64,000 bases of DNA, from NCBI RefSeq assembly GCF_009914755.1, contig NC_060932.1; one strand, 5' to 3'. The position numbers and the translations under genes are program-made. The stretch is from the human T2T-CHM13v2.0 reference genome, Homo sapiens. Below, piece by piece: positions 1 through 17,138 of the stretch (position 1 is its first letter; each line of letters begins with the position of its first letter). Under the pieces are notes generated by a model. It ran no database searches. It was given only the letters and a program-made list of their open reading frames with translations, and was not told the DNA's origin.

Positions 1-76
1 ACATTGTGCCACTGCACTCCAGCCTGGGCGACAGAGTGAGACTCTGTCTCACAAAAAAAAAAAAAAAAAAAAAAAA
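1..76 (+). mobile_element. Alu 3' end with poly(A)
   Basis: CACTGCACTCCAGCCTGGGCGACAGAGTGAGAC followed by an A-tail. Confidence 0.95.
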
Positions 77-262
77 GCTCTGCTTGGCTTCAGAGCCCTC
101 ATTGGTAGAGCTCCTTCTCTAATTCCTCCACAGTTTTGACCTGGCAGGTGCTGTCTGTAGTGGAAGCTTCTGGCAACCTTCTCTCCTAGTTATGGAGAGG
201 AGCCTATGTATGTGAGGGCCCTTTTGGTAGGCTCAAAATGGTCCTTCTAAAGATATTCATGG

Positions 263-550
263 TGGAGTGTGGTGGCTCACAACTGTAATCCCTGTGCTTT
301 GGGAGGCCGAGGCAGGAGAATTGCTCAAGCCCAGGAGTTGGAGATTACTCTGGGCAGCATAGCAAGGCCCCATCTCCACAAAAACAAAACAAAACACAAC
401 ACAACAAAACAAAAACTGGCCAGGAGTGGTGGTGTGTGCCTATAATCCCAGTTACTTGGGAGGCTGAGGAGGGAGGATTGCTTGATCTCAGGAATTTGAG
501 GATGCACTGAGCTATGACTACACCACTGCACTCCAGACAGAGCGAGACCC
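263..550 (+). mobile_element. Old Alu (AluJ-like) with (CAAAA)n linker
   Basis: Both monomers recognisable and diverged; CAAAA microsatellite at ~379-415. Confidence 0.85.
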
Positions 551-738
551 TTTGATTTTTTTAGTTTTTATATATTTTTTTTTATTAGAGACAGGGTCTC
601 ACTGTGTTTCCCAGGTTGGTCTCAAACTACTTGGCTGGAGTGACCCTCCTGCCTCAGACTCCTGACTAGCTGGGACTACGGGTGTGCACTGCTGCACCTG
701 GAAATCTCCTTGACTTCATTCAGTTCCAGTGCCCTTTA

Positions 739-1174
<436 letters not shown>

Positions 1175-1214
1175 TTACTTACTCTATGATAATAGGTGAT
1201 TTTACGTAGAAAGA

Positions 1215-1515
1215 TTTTTTTATTTTTTTTTGAGATGGAGTCTTGCTCTGTAGCCCAGACTGGAGTGCAGTAGCATGATCTTGGCTCACTGCAACCTCTG
1301 CCTCCTGGGTTCAAGTGATTCTTTTGCCTCAGCCTCCTGAGTAGCTGGGACTATAGGTGTGCGCCACCACACCCAGCTAATTTTTTTGTGTTTTTAGTAG
1401 AGATGGGGTTTCACCATGTTAGCCAGGCTGGTCTTGAACTCCTGGCCTCAAGTAATCCACCTGCCTCCACCTCCCAAAGTGCTGGGATTACAGGTGTGAG
1501 CCACTGTGCCCAGCC
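1215..1515 (-). mobile_element. AluS shared by both arms (paralog 4668-4957)
   Basis: Same flanks in both arms, so it predates the duplication. Confidence 0.9.
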
Positions 1516-1558
1516 AATATTATTTTAGATTTATTTATCTTGAAAAATTGTATTATAA

Positions 1559-1845
1559 GCCAGGCATGGTGGCTCACACCTGTCATCCCAGCACTTTGAA
1601 AGGCCAAGGCGGGTGTATCACGTGAGATCAGGAGTTTGATACCAGCCTGGCCAACATGGTGAAACCCTGTCTCTACTAAATACAAAAATTAGCCTAGAGT
1701 GGTGGTGTGCGCCTGTAATCCCAGCTGCTTGGAGGCTGAGGCAGGAGAATTGCTTGAATCTGGGAGATGGAAGTTGCAGTGAGCCAAGATCACACCACTG
1801 TACCCAGCCTGGGCAACAAGAGCAAAACTCTGTCTCAAAAAAAAA
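1559..1845 (+). mobile_element. AluS, left arm only
   Basis: TSD AAAAATTGTATTATAA (1543-1558, 1843-1858); absent at ~4625-4640. Confidence 0.92.
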
Positions 1846-1896
1846 AATTGTATTATAAAGTTTAATATAATCTTAACAATATATGTTCATTTATTC

Positions 1897-2231
1897 CAGG
1901 AGTCCCCAACCACCTGGCCACAGACCAGTACCAGTCCATGGCCAGTTAGAAACTGGGCTACACAGCAGGAGGTGAGCGGAGGGCAAGTGAGCATTACCAC
2001 CTGAGCTCCACCTTCTGTCAGACCAGTGGCAGCATTAGATTCTCATAGGATCACGAACCCTATTGTGAACTGCACATGTGAGGGATCTAGGTTGTATGCT
2101 CCTTATGAGAATCTAATGCCTGATGATCTGAGGTGGAACAGTTTCATCCCTCCCTACCCTACCCTCCCATCCATGGAAGAATTGTCTCCCATGAAACCCG
2201 TCCCTGGTGCCGAAAAAGTTGGGGGCCACTG
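1897..2231 (+). mobile_element. MER1B (hAT-Charlie non-autonomous DNA transposon)
   Basis: Termini CAGGAGTCCCCAAC...GTTGGGGGCCACTG; internal CCTTATGAGAATCTAATGCCTGATGATCTGAGG; TTTATTC on both flanks. Confidence 0.88.
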
Positions 2232-2536
2232 TTTATTCAACAAATGTGGTTTGAGGCCTTTATATATAGCAAATACTGCTCCCTTAGCTTATCCTCATTT
2301 AATTCTTGACATGTTTTTAAATTTATCTTAAGTCACTTATGTGTAAAATATATTTTTGTTGACAAACATAAATTCCAAACTGGCATTGTATCCCATATGG
2401 TTTGAAGACTAAATTAATATAAAAATATTCAAGTTAAACCTATGTTATGCCATCAAATCTAGAAAAAAACTGCCTTTACGCTGTAAACTTTTGAATTCAT
2501 GCATTATACATTAAATTATAAAATAGTTTGTTTTAG

Positions 2537-2852
<316 letters not shown>

Positions 2853-3285
2853 TGTATGTTGTATTTATAACTGACAAGATGAGAAGTTTAAAGCTGATAT
2901 TTGCAAGTACTTTACTGCAAGTAAAACATTTTTGATATGGATAGCATTCACTCCGATTTAATGAAGATGCAACCACTATATTTTTGTTTAACCTATATTT
3001 TAGGCAGAGATATTCAATGAGTTCCTAAAGCATTGCATAAGCAGAAGGTAACTCAAACCTATGAGAAAGATCTATTTGAAAGGAATTTGCAGAAATATTT
3101 TCACCTTACTCTCCAAACTTACTGTTTTCATTTCTGTTTCTTATATTTCCTTTTTTCAACCAATGTTACATTACTGGAATATATTAAATGATAATTGAGA
3201 GTAAAAATCAAAAGGTTATAAAGATCACCATGATAGCTAATGATGTTCAGCTGAATTGTAACTCATCAGCCAAGTGGCAGAATCA

Positions 3286-3957
<672 letters not shown>

Positions 3958-4246
3958 ATTTACAATTTAATGTAAAATGCATGAATTCAAAGTTTAGGGA
4001 GTAAAAGTGGTTTTTTTCTAGATTTGATGGCATAACATAGGTTTAACTTGAATAGATAATTTGATATGAATTCAGTCTTGAAACCATATGGGATATGATA
4101 CCAGTTTGGAATTTATGTTTGTCAACAAAAATATTTTTTACACATAAGTGACTTAAATTAAACAACATGTCAGGAATTAAATGAGGACAAGCCAAGGGAG
4201 CAGTATTTGCTACATAAAAGGCCTCAAACCGTATTTGTTGAATAAA

Positions 4247-4579
4247 CAGTGGCCTCCAACCTTTTTGGCACCAGGGATGGGTTTCATGGGAGACAATTTT
4301 TCCATGGATGGGAGGGTGGGGTAGGGAGGGATGAAACTGTTCCACCTCAGATCATCAGGCATTAGATTCTCATAAGGCGCATACAACCTAGATCCCATGT
4401 GTGCAGTTCACAATAGGGTTCGTGCTCCTATGAGAACCTAATGCTGCTGCTGGTCTGACAGGAGGCGGGGCTCAGGTGGTAATGCTCACTTGCCCTCCAC
4501 TCACCTCCTGCTGTGCAGCCCAGTTCCTAACTGGCCATGGACTGGTACTGGTCTGTGGCCAGAGGATTGGGGACCCCTG
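4247..4579 (-). mobile_element. MER1B, inverted paralog of 1897-2231
   Basis: Same element with the same flanks in reverse complement. Confidence 0.88.
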
Positions 4580-4678
4580 GAATAAATGAACATAGGTCAT
4601 TAAGATTATATTAAAGTAAAGTTGTTAATATAATTTTTCAAGATAAATAATCCTAAATAATATTCTTGGCTGGGTTCA

Positions 4679-4981
<303 letters not shown>

Positions 4982-5054
4982 TTACTATCATAGAGTAAGT
5001 AAAATGATAAAATAATTTTAATAAATTTAATAAATCTTTGGAAAGATTCTGTGA

Positions 5055-5308
<254 letters not shown>

Positions 5309-5574
5309 CACATTTATGGGTCAGGGCCACAGAGTTGCTGAACTCCAGAGGGGCACTGTTCATACAGAATACAATGTAAAGGGCACTGGAACTGAATGAA
5401 GAAAAGGGGATTGCCAGGTGCAGTGATGCACGCCCATAGTCCCAGCTATTCAGGAGGCTGAGGCAAGAGGGTCACTTGAGCCAAGTAGTTTGAGACCAGC
5501 CTGGGAAACACAGTGGGACCCTCTCTCTTAAAAAAAAAAAAAAATCAAATTGACAAACATCTCTACATGGATTG

Positions 5575-6110
5575 CATCATTAAATCCTACCACAATCTTT
5601 CAAAAGAGGTATTATAAATGTGAGGAAACTAACAAGTTCATTACCTTTTTCAAAACTACTTGGTAAGTTAGTGGAAGGACTTGGATTTGAGCACAGGTTT
5701 TCCTGGGTCAAGCACCTGCCCCGGCACCCCCTAATCCTATCTTAGGGGCTTATCCTATCTAAATGAGCAACAAGGAAGGCCTGAGAAAGGTAGTGAGGTG
5801 GAGGAGGAACACAGTAGAAAAAATTGGGAGGGATCCATGGAGTATGAGGTGTGAGGGAACAGCCTGGTGCTTGCACACTGGGTGGGTGGAAGCTGGTGTG
5901 ATCATGTTGGGAGGATGGGAGTCGGTTTAGTTTGGGACAGCTTATGCTTGTGATTCTGTAGGACACCGAAATGAACAGGCCCAGCTGGATGTTAGTTTTG
6001 TCTGATTGGAATAAGCATTTTCTGGGTCCCTAAGATGATTTTGAGCAATGGTTATGGGGGAAATACCAAAGATAATATTTACCTCCTTCCAGAATTTGTC
6101 AGAGGACAGC
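5575..6110. mobile_element. MIR and L2 fragments
   Basis: TGAGGAAACT...GGATTTGA MIR core; purine-rich L2-like stretch. Confidence 0.45.
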
Positions 6111-6147
6111 CCTGGAAAGGAACCCTTGATGTCTTGACTCAGGCTTG

Positions 6148-7035
6148 TTAACTGAAGAATCATGCAGGAAATTCATACATTTTGAGAAGAGACTTTATTT
6201 CTTATAAAAGGTTATAGCTTGAAGGTTGGCCATGCTGTAGGCTGGGAAGTGAAGCCTCTGTAAGAGACCAAAAGCAAGCACTTTGAGGGAGGAAGGATGA
6301 AACAGGAATATTATGCTGAAGGGGTTGGCCAAGTATACATATTCAACGGATTATAGGAGGAGCTATGAATATTCATGAAGGGGGTCCTAATGCATGTGTA
6401 GTGAATAAAGATGTATATTGTATACCACCCATGTTCACTTTGTGGTGGTGACAACATTTATTTCTTTTTTTCGAATAGAGATGGGGTCTTGCTATGTTGC
6501 CCACGCTGGTCTCAAACTCCAGGGTTCAAGTGACCCTCCCTCCTTGGCCTCCCAAAATGCTGGGATTACAGGCATGAACCACTATGCATGGCAGATAGAG
6601 ACAACTTTTAAATGCAGTAAAGTTAGGCTCTATATATTATTAGTAGAAAGTGAAGCAGGGATACGAAGCACTCAGTGCTCAGCCTCTGTAAACTGGCCAG
6701 AACCAGTTCATGGTCGGTGGTCTTTTGTCAGGAGAAAATGAACCCAGTCTTTCGTCAAATCAAAGCTTTGGTTATGGCTGGTGGAACAGGGGTAAGTTGG
6801 TCAGTGAGCTGCAATTGCTTTAATACTGTGTATCTGGAGGCCAATTCTTGTTTGTCTGCTAGAGAAAAAGAAGAAAACCTTGTGGCAGTTAAAACATAGT
6901 TTACTCTTTAAGTGTAGGGGGTGCATGACTTAATCCTTTTCTGGCATGGCCTTAGATCTTTATAATTTGGTATCACGTTATTACAGTGTCTGTCCTGTCT
7001 CACCTGGGGGCCTGGGGCTTTATTTTTGCTTTACA
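6148..7035 (-). mobile_element. ERV1-class solo LTR (family uncertain) with Alu monomer inserted at ~6460-6595
   Basis: Reverse strand begins TGTAAAGCAAAAATAAAG; AATAAA on minus strand near 6195; monomer flanked by ACAACATTTA/ACAACTTTTA. Confidence 0.6.
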
Positions 7036-7502
7036 AGGTTTATGTGGATGTGGAGTCAGATGAAGGCCTGCACTATAGGAGTGCAGGTGGGTCCATCATA
7101 GCCTCATCTCCCACCTGAGCCACCTGTATCATATTTAATCAGGCTTTGAGCCAGCCAGTCACCCCTGGGTGCAGGAGGCATCTGCTAGGTCTTGCTGTCT
7201 ATACAACCCCTCATAGTCCAAGTTTATGTTCAAGGTGCTTTCTTAATGTACTAGCCCAGGGAATACCAGAGAACACCACTGGGCCAGCAGCTTAGCTTTG
7301 CTGCAAGGAACTTGAATAGGACCTGTGGTTGTTCCCTAGTTTAAGCCTTCCAGGCATACCCAGTCTAAGATTCTGCCTGTGGCTGTGGTTATGGCAGTAT
7401 TGTGGGGCTAGGTTTGATGGGAGAAGGTATCTTTACTTGATCTCTGCTTTGAGGTAGGGCTTGAAATGTTCAATAGTGTCTATTACCATTAGTTTATTGC
7501 TT

Positions 7503-8092
<590 letters not shown>

Positions 8093-8142
8093 CATTTATC
8101 ACTTTTTATGGAAACACAAAAGCTGTATGCAGCATCCCCCTC

Positions 8143-10476
8143 TGATATGGTTTGGCTGTGTCCCCACCCAAATCTCATCTTGAATTGTATTTCCCATAAT
8201 CCTCATGTGTTGTGGAAGGAACCTGGTGGGAGGTAATTGAATCATGGGGGCAGTTACCTCCATGCTGTTCTCATGATAGTAAGTGAGTTCTCACAAGTTC
8301 TGATGGTTTTATAAGGGGCTTTTCTGCCCCTTCACTCTGCACTTCTTGCTTTCACCATGTGAAAGATGTGTTTGCTTCCCCTTCCAACATGATTGTAAAT
8401 TTTCTGAGGTCTCTGAGCCATGCTGAATTGGGAGTCAATTAAACCTCTTTCCTTTATAAATTACCCAGTCTTGGGTATGTCTTTGTGGCAGTGTGAGAAC
8501 AGACTGATACAGTAAATTGGTACCAGAAGTGGGGTGCTGCTGTAAAGACAACCAAAAATGTGGAAGGGAGTTTGGAACTGGGTAACAGGCGGAGGATGGA
8601 ACAGTTTGGAGGGCTCAGAAGAATACAGGAAAATGAGGGAAAGTTTGGAACTTCCTAGAGACTTACTGAATGGCTTTGATCAAAATGTTGATAGTGATAT
8701 GGACAATGAAGTCCAGGCTGAGGTGGTCTCAGACGGAGATGAGGAACTTGTTGGGAATTGGAATAAAGGCAACTCTTGCTAAGTTTTAGCAAAGAGACTG
8801 GTGGTATTTTGCCCCTGCTCTAGAGATCTGTGGAACTTTGAACTTGAGAGAGATGATTTAGGGTATCTGGTGGAAGAAATTTCTAAGCAGCAATGCATTC
8901 AAGAGATGACTTAGGTGCTGTTAAAAGCATTCAGTTTTATGTATTCACAAAGATATGGTTTGGAATTGGAACTTATATCAAAAAGGGAAGCAGAGCATGA
9001 AAGTCTAGAAAATTTGCAGCCTGACAATGCAATAAAAAAGAAAAACCCATTTTCTGAGGAGAAATTCAACCTGGCTGCAGGAATTTGCATAAGTAACAAG
9101 GATCTAAATGTGAATCTCCAAGACAATGAGAAAATGTCTCCAGGGCATGTCAGAGATCTTCATGGCAGCCCCTCCCACCACAGGCTTGGAGGCTTAGGAG
9201 TAAAAAATGGTTTCATGGGCCAGGCTCAAAGCCTTGCTGCTTTGTGCAGTCTTGGGACTTGGTGCCTTGCATCCCAGCCATGGCTAAAAGGGGCCAATGT
9301 AGAGCTCAGACCATTGCTTGAGAGGGTGCAAGCCCCAAGGCTTGAGGGCTTACACGTGGTATTGGACCTGTGGGTGCACAGAAGTCAATAATTGAGGTTT
9401 GGCAACATCCATCTAGATTTCAGAAGATGTATGGAAATGCCTAGATGGTCAGGCAGAAGTTTTCTGCAGGGGCAGAGCCCTCATAGAGAACCTCTGCTGG
9501 GACAGTGTGGAAGGGAAATGTGGGGTTGAAGCCCCCACACAGACTCCCCACTGGGTCACTGCCTATTGGAGCTGTGAGAAGAGGGCCACCACCCTCCAGA
9601 CCCCAGAATGGTAGATCCACCAACAGCTTGTACCATGCACATGGAAAAGCTGCAGACACTCAATGCTAGCCCATTAAAGCAGCTGGAAAGGGAGCTGTAT
9701 GCTGCAAAGCCACAGGAGTGGAGCTGCCCAAGGCTGTGGGAGCCCACCTCTTGCATCAGTGTGACCTGGATGTGAGACATGGAGCCAAAGGAGACCATTT
9801 TGGAACTTTAAGGTTTAATGATTATCCTATTGGATTTTGCCTGTAGCCTCTTTGCTTTGGCCAATTTCTCCCATTTGAAATGTGTGTATTTTCCCAATGC
9901 CTCTACCCCCATTATATCTAGGAGGTAACTAACTTGATTTTGATTTTATAGGCTCATGGGCAGAAGGGACTTGCCTTGTCTCAGATGAGACTTTGGACTG
10001 TGGACTTCTGAGTTAATGCTGAAATAAGACTTTGGGGGACTGTTGGAAAGACATGATTGTTTTTTGAAATGTGAGGACATGATATTTGGGAGGGGTTGTG
10101 GTGGAATGATATGGTTTGGCTGTGTTCCCACCCAAAATCTCTTCTTGAATTTTAATAATCCCCATGTGTCAAGGGCAGGATCAGGTGGAGATAATTGAAC
10201 CATGGGGGTGGTTTCCCCCATACTGTTCTCATGATAGTGAGTGAGTTCTCATGAGATCTGATGGTTTTATAAGGGGCTTCCCCTTTTGCTCGTCTCTCAT
10301 TGTCTCTCCTACCACCATGTGAAGAAGGATGTGTTTGCTTCCTCTTCTGCCACAATTGTAAGTTTCCTGAGGCTTCCTCAACCATGCAAAACTGTGAGTC
10401 AATTAAGCCTCTTTCCTTTATAAATTGCCCAGTCTTGGGTATGTCTTTATTAGCAGCATGAGAGTGGAAGAATACA
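8143..10476 (+). mobile_element. Complete THE1 (MaLR; THE1C/D-like) provirus: LTR 8143-8511, internal 8512-10106, LTR 10107-10476
   Basis: Both LTRs run TGATATGGTTTGGCTGTG...ATACA; 5-bp TSD CCCTC; decayed MaLR internal ORF pieces (8558, 8915). Confidence 0.93.
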
Positions 10477-10522
10477 CCCTCTTTTCCTGAGCTGACAGGT
10501 TAAGCCTTTATAGGTAAGAGGG

Positions 10523-10555
10523 GTGTGTGTGTGTGTGTGCGCGCACCTGTGTGTG
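10523..10555. repeat. (GT)n microsatellite
   Basis: Direct reading. Confidence 0.9.
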
Positions 10556-11671
10556 CAGGAAGAAGGCTGGGTGGTGGGGGTGGCAGACAGTAGAAGGACA
10601 GGAGATTAAAGCAAATAAAAAGAATCAAAAGGATAGGAGAGAGAGAGAGAAAGAGCTATAGTAGAGGTAAATAATATCCAAGTGAACAATGGTAATTTAC
10701 TTTAGGAAAGGGCAGCAGGCATCAGCTGATAGCTAACATTGTCTGCCTATGAAAGGAGTAACCTTTCTAGAGAGCAAGAGATTCACACAGGGAAGGGAGG
10801 AAATGAAGTTGTTCTTTGCGGTGCGAGATAGAGTGTGGCTTTCATTAAAATAAGAAAGGTCGAAGAAAGCAGGTGTTGAAAGTTGGCAGAGTTCTAGCAA
10901 AACCATTCATGGTGCCCTGAAGCAGGGGCCTTGCCACCAGCAGGAATAGGCTGTTCAGCTCCATAGCTGAGCTGCTCCTCCCTGCCCTGGCCTCCTCATT
11001 GTAGATAACCAGTCTCGTGCATACTTTGGCAGAAATATGCAGCACAAAATCTTTTTGGTCTCTGTGTGAAGATTAGTTAAATTACAAGTACTCAGTTTAG
11101 ACAATGAGTTCAACTTGACAAAGAATCCTTACAGATATTTGTGTTGTTACAGAATTTGTTCATTCCACCAGTGCTCGGTGTGCTGGTTTCATCTGTGCAC
11201 TAAAAAGACTTGGTTCATGGTTCTCCTTTCTACACATGAAAGGCTGTGGGGTGGGAGACAGTGTCCCCAGCTTTACGATTCTTTGTTTTTTCTCTGAAAA
11301 CAAGTCATATGTATGTATGTATATGTATGTATATATATGTTTTTCCATCAGGACTCAGCTAGCTAGAGCCAGATCTCTTAAGGGTTTTATTGTTGACTTT
11401 TATGGGTTAAATAAGGTACCCCACCCCCACCAGTTCATATGTTGATGTCCCAACACTTGGCATCCCAGAATCCCAGAATATGATCTTATCAGGAAATAGG
11501 GTCAGTACAGATGTAACTAGCTGAGATGTGGTTATACTGGCGCAAAAGAGCCACTAATGCAATATGACTGGTGTCTTTATGAAAAGGGAAAATTTGGGCA
11601 CAGATACATACACAAGGAGAATGCCATGTGAACATGTAGACAGCCATTGAGAAGCCAACAAGTGATGTCTA

Positions 11672-12272
11672 AGGCTGAATACAGTGGCTCATGCCTGTAA
11701 TCCTAGGGACTTGGGAGCCTAAGGTAGGAAGATTGCTTGAGTCCAGGAGTTGGAGATCAGCCTGGGCAACATAGTGAAACCTCCATTTCTAAAAAAATTT
11801 TTTAGAATTAGCCAGGTGTGGTGGTGTCTGCTTGTAGTCCCAGCTACTAAGGAGCCTGAAGCAGGAGGATTGCATGCGCTCAGGAGTTGGAGGCTCTAGT
11901 GAGTTTTGATGGCACCACTGCACTCTAGCCTGGATGACAAAGTGAGACCCTGTCTCTCAAAAAAGATTATATCTTTATATAACAAAAATTGGCCAGGTGC
12001 AGTGGCTCATGCCTGTAACCCCAGCACTTTGGGAGGCTTAGGAGGGTGGATCACTTAAGGTTAGAAGTTCAAGACTAGCTCATCTCCACTAAAAAAATAC
12101 AAAAATCAGCCAGGCATGGTGGCTCATGCCTGTAGTCCCAGCTACTTGGGAGACTGAGGCATGAGAATCCTTGGACCCAGGAGGCGAAGGTTGCAGTGAG
12201 CTGAGATTGACCACTTCACTCCAGCCTGGGTGACAGAGTGAGACACCGTCTCAAAAAAAAAAAAAAAAAAAG
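11672..12272 (+). mobile_element. Two tandem Alus (11672-11965, 11991-12272)
   Basis: Two Alu dimers with A-rich tails. Confidence 0.88.
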
Positions 12273-12380
12273 AAATGAGGCTTAGAACAGATCCCTCCCT
12301 CAGAGCCCTCAAAAGGAACCAATCATGCTAACACCTTGACCTTGGATTTCTAATCTCCAGAGCTCTGAGAGAATACACTT

Positions 12381-13881
<1,501 letters not shown>

Positions 13882-14169
13882 ATACACTTGTGTAATTTAA
13901 GGCACCTAGTTTGTGGAATCTTGTTATGGTGGCCCTAGTAAATGAATACACTGATCACTGTGAGTATTTAATTAGAGATAACAAACGTTTGGATATTGCA
14001 AAGGTAATTATGTTTCCAGAATCTGAAAAAGTCTTCACCAGAGTGCCTTCTGGGTGTTCCTCAGCTTTCGCCTTTAATTAGATCTTTATTCCAAATAGCC
14101 TAGAAAATCTCATTTGAAATTACTCCAAGTTATTATAATAGATGATAAAATGTATTATTTGTTCAAATG

Positions 14170-14522
14170 ATATATCCATTTCCCACCCCTGCTGTGCTTC
14201 CCTGAAGCAGGACTACACCCACTTCACTGGCTTTGAATTTGGTCCTGTGACTTGATTTGACCAGAGGTGTGTGGGTGGATGGGATGTATGCCACACAACA
14301 GAAGCTTCAAATGCCATTGCTTTAAATGCAGTCACTCCTTGCATGCTGCTGTCTGCCATGAGCATATGCATGTCTCAGATAGGAGCGTCTCCATTGACTT
14401 GGGTCCTGAAATGAGAAGACATGTAGAGCCCAGCCTAGCCCAGTGGAACCGAGTGAAGTACTGTGGGTGAGAAGCAAATGATAGAGGTTTCATTTATTAT
14501 TATGATAAAATCTGACAGATAT
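14170..14522 (+). mobile_element. Ancient MLT1-type LTR fragment
   Basis: TGTGACTTGATTTGACCA and AGAAGCAAATG motifs, highly diverged. Confidence 0.45.
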
Positions 14523-14803
14523 CCAAATGAACAACCATAGTGATAGCAGCAGGAGGCAGACAAGCTCCTAGGCAGGCAGGGGTGGGTCCCTGGTGAAACT
14601 GGACCTTCAAACCAAAGACAGTTTAAAGCCTGAAAATCAAGGTACGAGTCTCAGATAAATCCATGGGCCGGATGGAGAACCTCTCTTCCTGTTTAGTGTG
14701 CTTTCCTCTGACTGATGCCACCCTTCCCCTATTTTGCATATACCTACCCTTCCCTAATTGGTTTTTTACACTGTTATGCCCATCTTTGAGTGGTGCCTTT
14801 TTT

Positions 14804-16526
14804 TTAAAATTTTTTTATTTTTTTTTATTGATCATTCTTGGGTGTTTCTCACAGAGGGGGATTTGGCAGGGTCATGGGACAATAGTGGAGGGAAGGTCAG
14901 CAGATAAACAAGTGAACAAAGGTCTCTGGTTTTCCTAGGCAGAGGACCCTGTGGCCTTCCGCAGTGTTTGTTTCCCTGGGTACTTGAGATTAGGGAGTGG
15001 TGATGACTCTTAACGAGCATGCTGCCTTCAAGCATCTGTTTAACAAAGCACATCTTGCACCGCCCTTAATCCATTTAACCCTGAGTGGACACAGCACATG
15101 TTTCAGAGAGCACAGGGTTGGGGGTAAGGTCACAGATCAACAGGATCCCAAGGCAGAAGAATTTTTCTTAGTACAGAACAAAATGAAAAGTCTCCCATGT
15201 CTACTTCTTTCTACACAGACACGGCAACCATCCGATTTCTCAATCTTTTCCCCACCTTTCCCCCCTTTCTATTCCACAAAACCGCCATTGTCATCATGGC
15301 CCGTTCTCAATGAGCTGTTGGGTACACCTCCCAGATGGGGTGGTGGCCGGGCAGAGGGGCTCCTCACTTCCCTGTAGGGGCGGCCGGGCAGAGGCACCCC
15401 TCACCTCCCGGACGGGGCGGCTGGCCGGGTGAGGGGCTGACCCCCCGACCTCCCTCCCGGACGGGGTGGCTGGCCGGGCGGGGGGCTGACCCCCCCACCT
15501 CCCTCCCGGACGGGGCGGCTGGCCGGGCGGGGGGCTGACCCCCCCACCTCCCTCCCGGACGGGGCGGCTGGCCGGGCGGGGGGCTGACCCCCCCACCTCC
15601 CTCCCGGACGGGGCGGCTGGCCGGGCAGGGGGCTGACTCCCCCACCTCCCTCCTGGACGGGGTGGCTGCCGGGCGGAGACGCTCCTCACTTCCCAGATGG
15701 GGTGGCTGCCGGGCGGAGGGGCTCCTCACTTCTCAGACGGGGCGGCTGGGCAGAGACGCTCCTCACCTCCCAGACGGGGTCACGGCCGGGCAGAGGCGCT
15801 CCTCACATCCCAGACGGGGCGGCGGGGCAGAGGCGCTCCCCACATCTCAGACGATGGGTGGCCGGGCATAGACGCTCCTCACTTCCTAGATGGGATGGCG
15901 GCCGGGCAGAGACGCTCCTCACTTCCTTGATGGGATGGTAGCCGGGAAGAGGCGCTCCTCACTTCCTAGATGGGATGGCGGCCGGGCAGAGACGCTCCTC
16001 ACTTTCCAGACTGGGCAGCCAGGCAGAGGGGCTCCTCACGTCCCAGACGATGGGCGGCCAGGCAGAGACGCTCCTCACTTCCAAGACGGGGTGGCGGCCA
16101 GGCAGAGGCTGCACTCTCGGCACTTTGGGAGGCCAAGGCAGGCGGCTGGGAGGTGGACGTTGTAGCGAGCCGAGATCACGCCACTGCACTCCAGCCTGGG
16201 CACCATTGAGCACTGAGTGAACCAGACTCCGTCTGCAATCCCGGCACCTCGGGAGGCCGAGGCTGGCAGATCACTCGCGGTTAGGAGCTGGAGACCAGCC
16301 CGGCCAACACAGCGAAACCCCGTCTCCACCAAAAAAATACGAAAACCAGTCAGGCGTGGGGGTGCGCGCCAGCAATCGCAGGCACTCGGCAGGCTGAGGC
16401 AGGAGAATCAGGCAGGGAGGTTGCAGTGAGCCGAGATGGCAGCAGTACAGTCCAGCTTCGGCTCGGCATCAGAGGGAGACCGTGGAAAGAGAGGGAGAGG
16501 GAGACCGTAGGGAGAGGGAGAGGGAC
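14804..16526 (-). mobile_element. Near full-length SVA (C/D-like)
   Basis: Poly(T), SINE-R (~14830-15330), GC-rich VNTR, Alu-like domain, short (AGAGGG)n; TSD GTGCCTTTTTT at 14793 and 16527. Confidence 0.96.
15335..16110. repeat. SVA VNTR
   Basis: Tandem ~49-bp CCCCCCACCTCCCTCCCGGACGGGGCGGCTGGCCGGGCGGGGGGCTGA units and ~40-bp GCTCCTCACTTCC units. Confidence 0.92.
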
Positions 16527-16800
16527 GTGCCTTTTTTTTTTTTTTAGCCAGTTTTGCATACTTACAAACCAGTGAGCATGCACTCCCCCATTCTGATCCA
16601 TAAAAGCCCCTGCTCAGCCACACTGGGGGACTACCCACCTTCGAGGGGATCTACCTGCTTTAGGTGGGGGACCACCCACTTCCAGTCCCCTCTCTGCTGA
16701 GAGCTGTTCCGTCACTCAATAAAACTCTTCTCTGCTCTTCACCCTTCAGTTGTCAGTGTAATCTCATTCTTCTTGGACATGGGACAAGAACTCAGGACCT

Positions 16801-17138
16801 GTGAACCCAAATCTCATCTTGAAATATAGCTCCCACAATTCCCAAATGTTGTGGGAGGGACCTAGTGGGAGGTAATTGAATCATGGGAGCAGGTCTTTCC
16901 CATGCTGTCCTCATGATAGTGAATGTCTCACGAGATCTGATAGTTTTATAAAGGGGAGTTTCCCTGTACAAGCTCTCTTCTCTTGTCTGCCTCCATGTGA
17001 GACATGCCTTTCGCTTTCTGCCATGATTCTGAGGCCTCCCCAGCCACATAGAACTGTAAGTCCATTAAACCTCTTTCTTTTGTAAATTGCCCAGTCTCAG
17101 GTATATCTTTATCAGCAGTGTGAAAATGAACTAATACA
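16801..17138 (+). mobile_element. THE1B-like LTR lacking the first ~20 bp
   Basis: ACCCAAATCTCATCTTGAA...GAACTAATACA. Confidence 0.87.

Noticed and set aside
8558-9391. Coding exons
   Set aside because: Decayed THE1 internal ORF fragments.
15335-16110. Regularly spaced GC-rich repeats as a CRISPR-like array or CpG-island promoter
   Set aside because: No unique spacers; this is the standard SVA VNTR.
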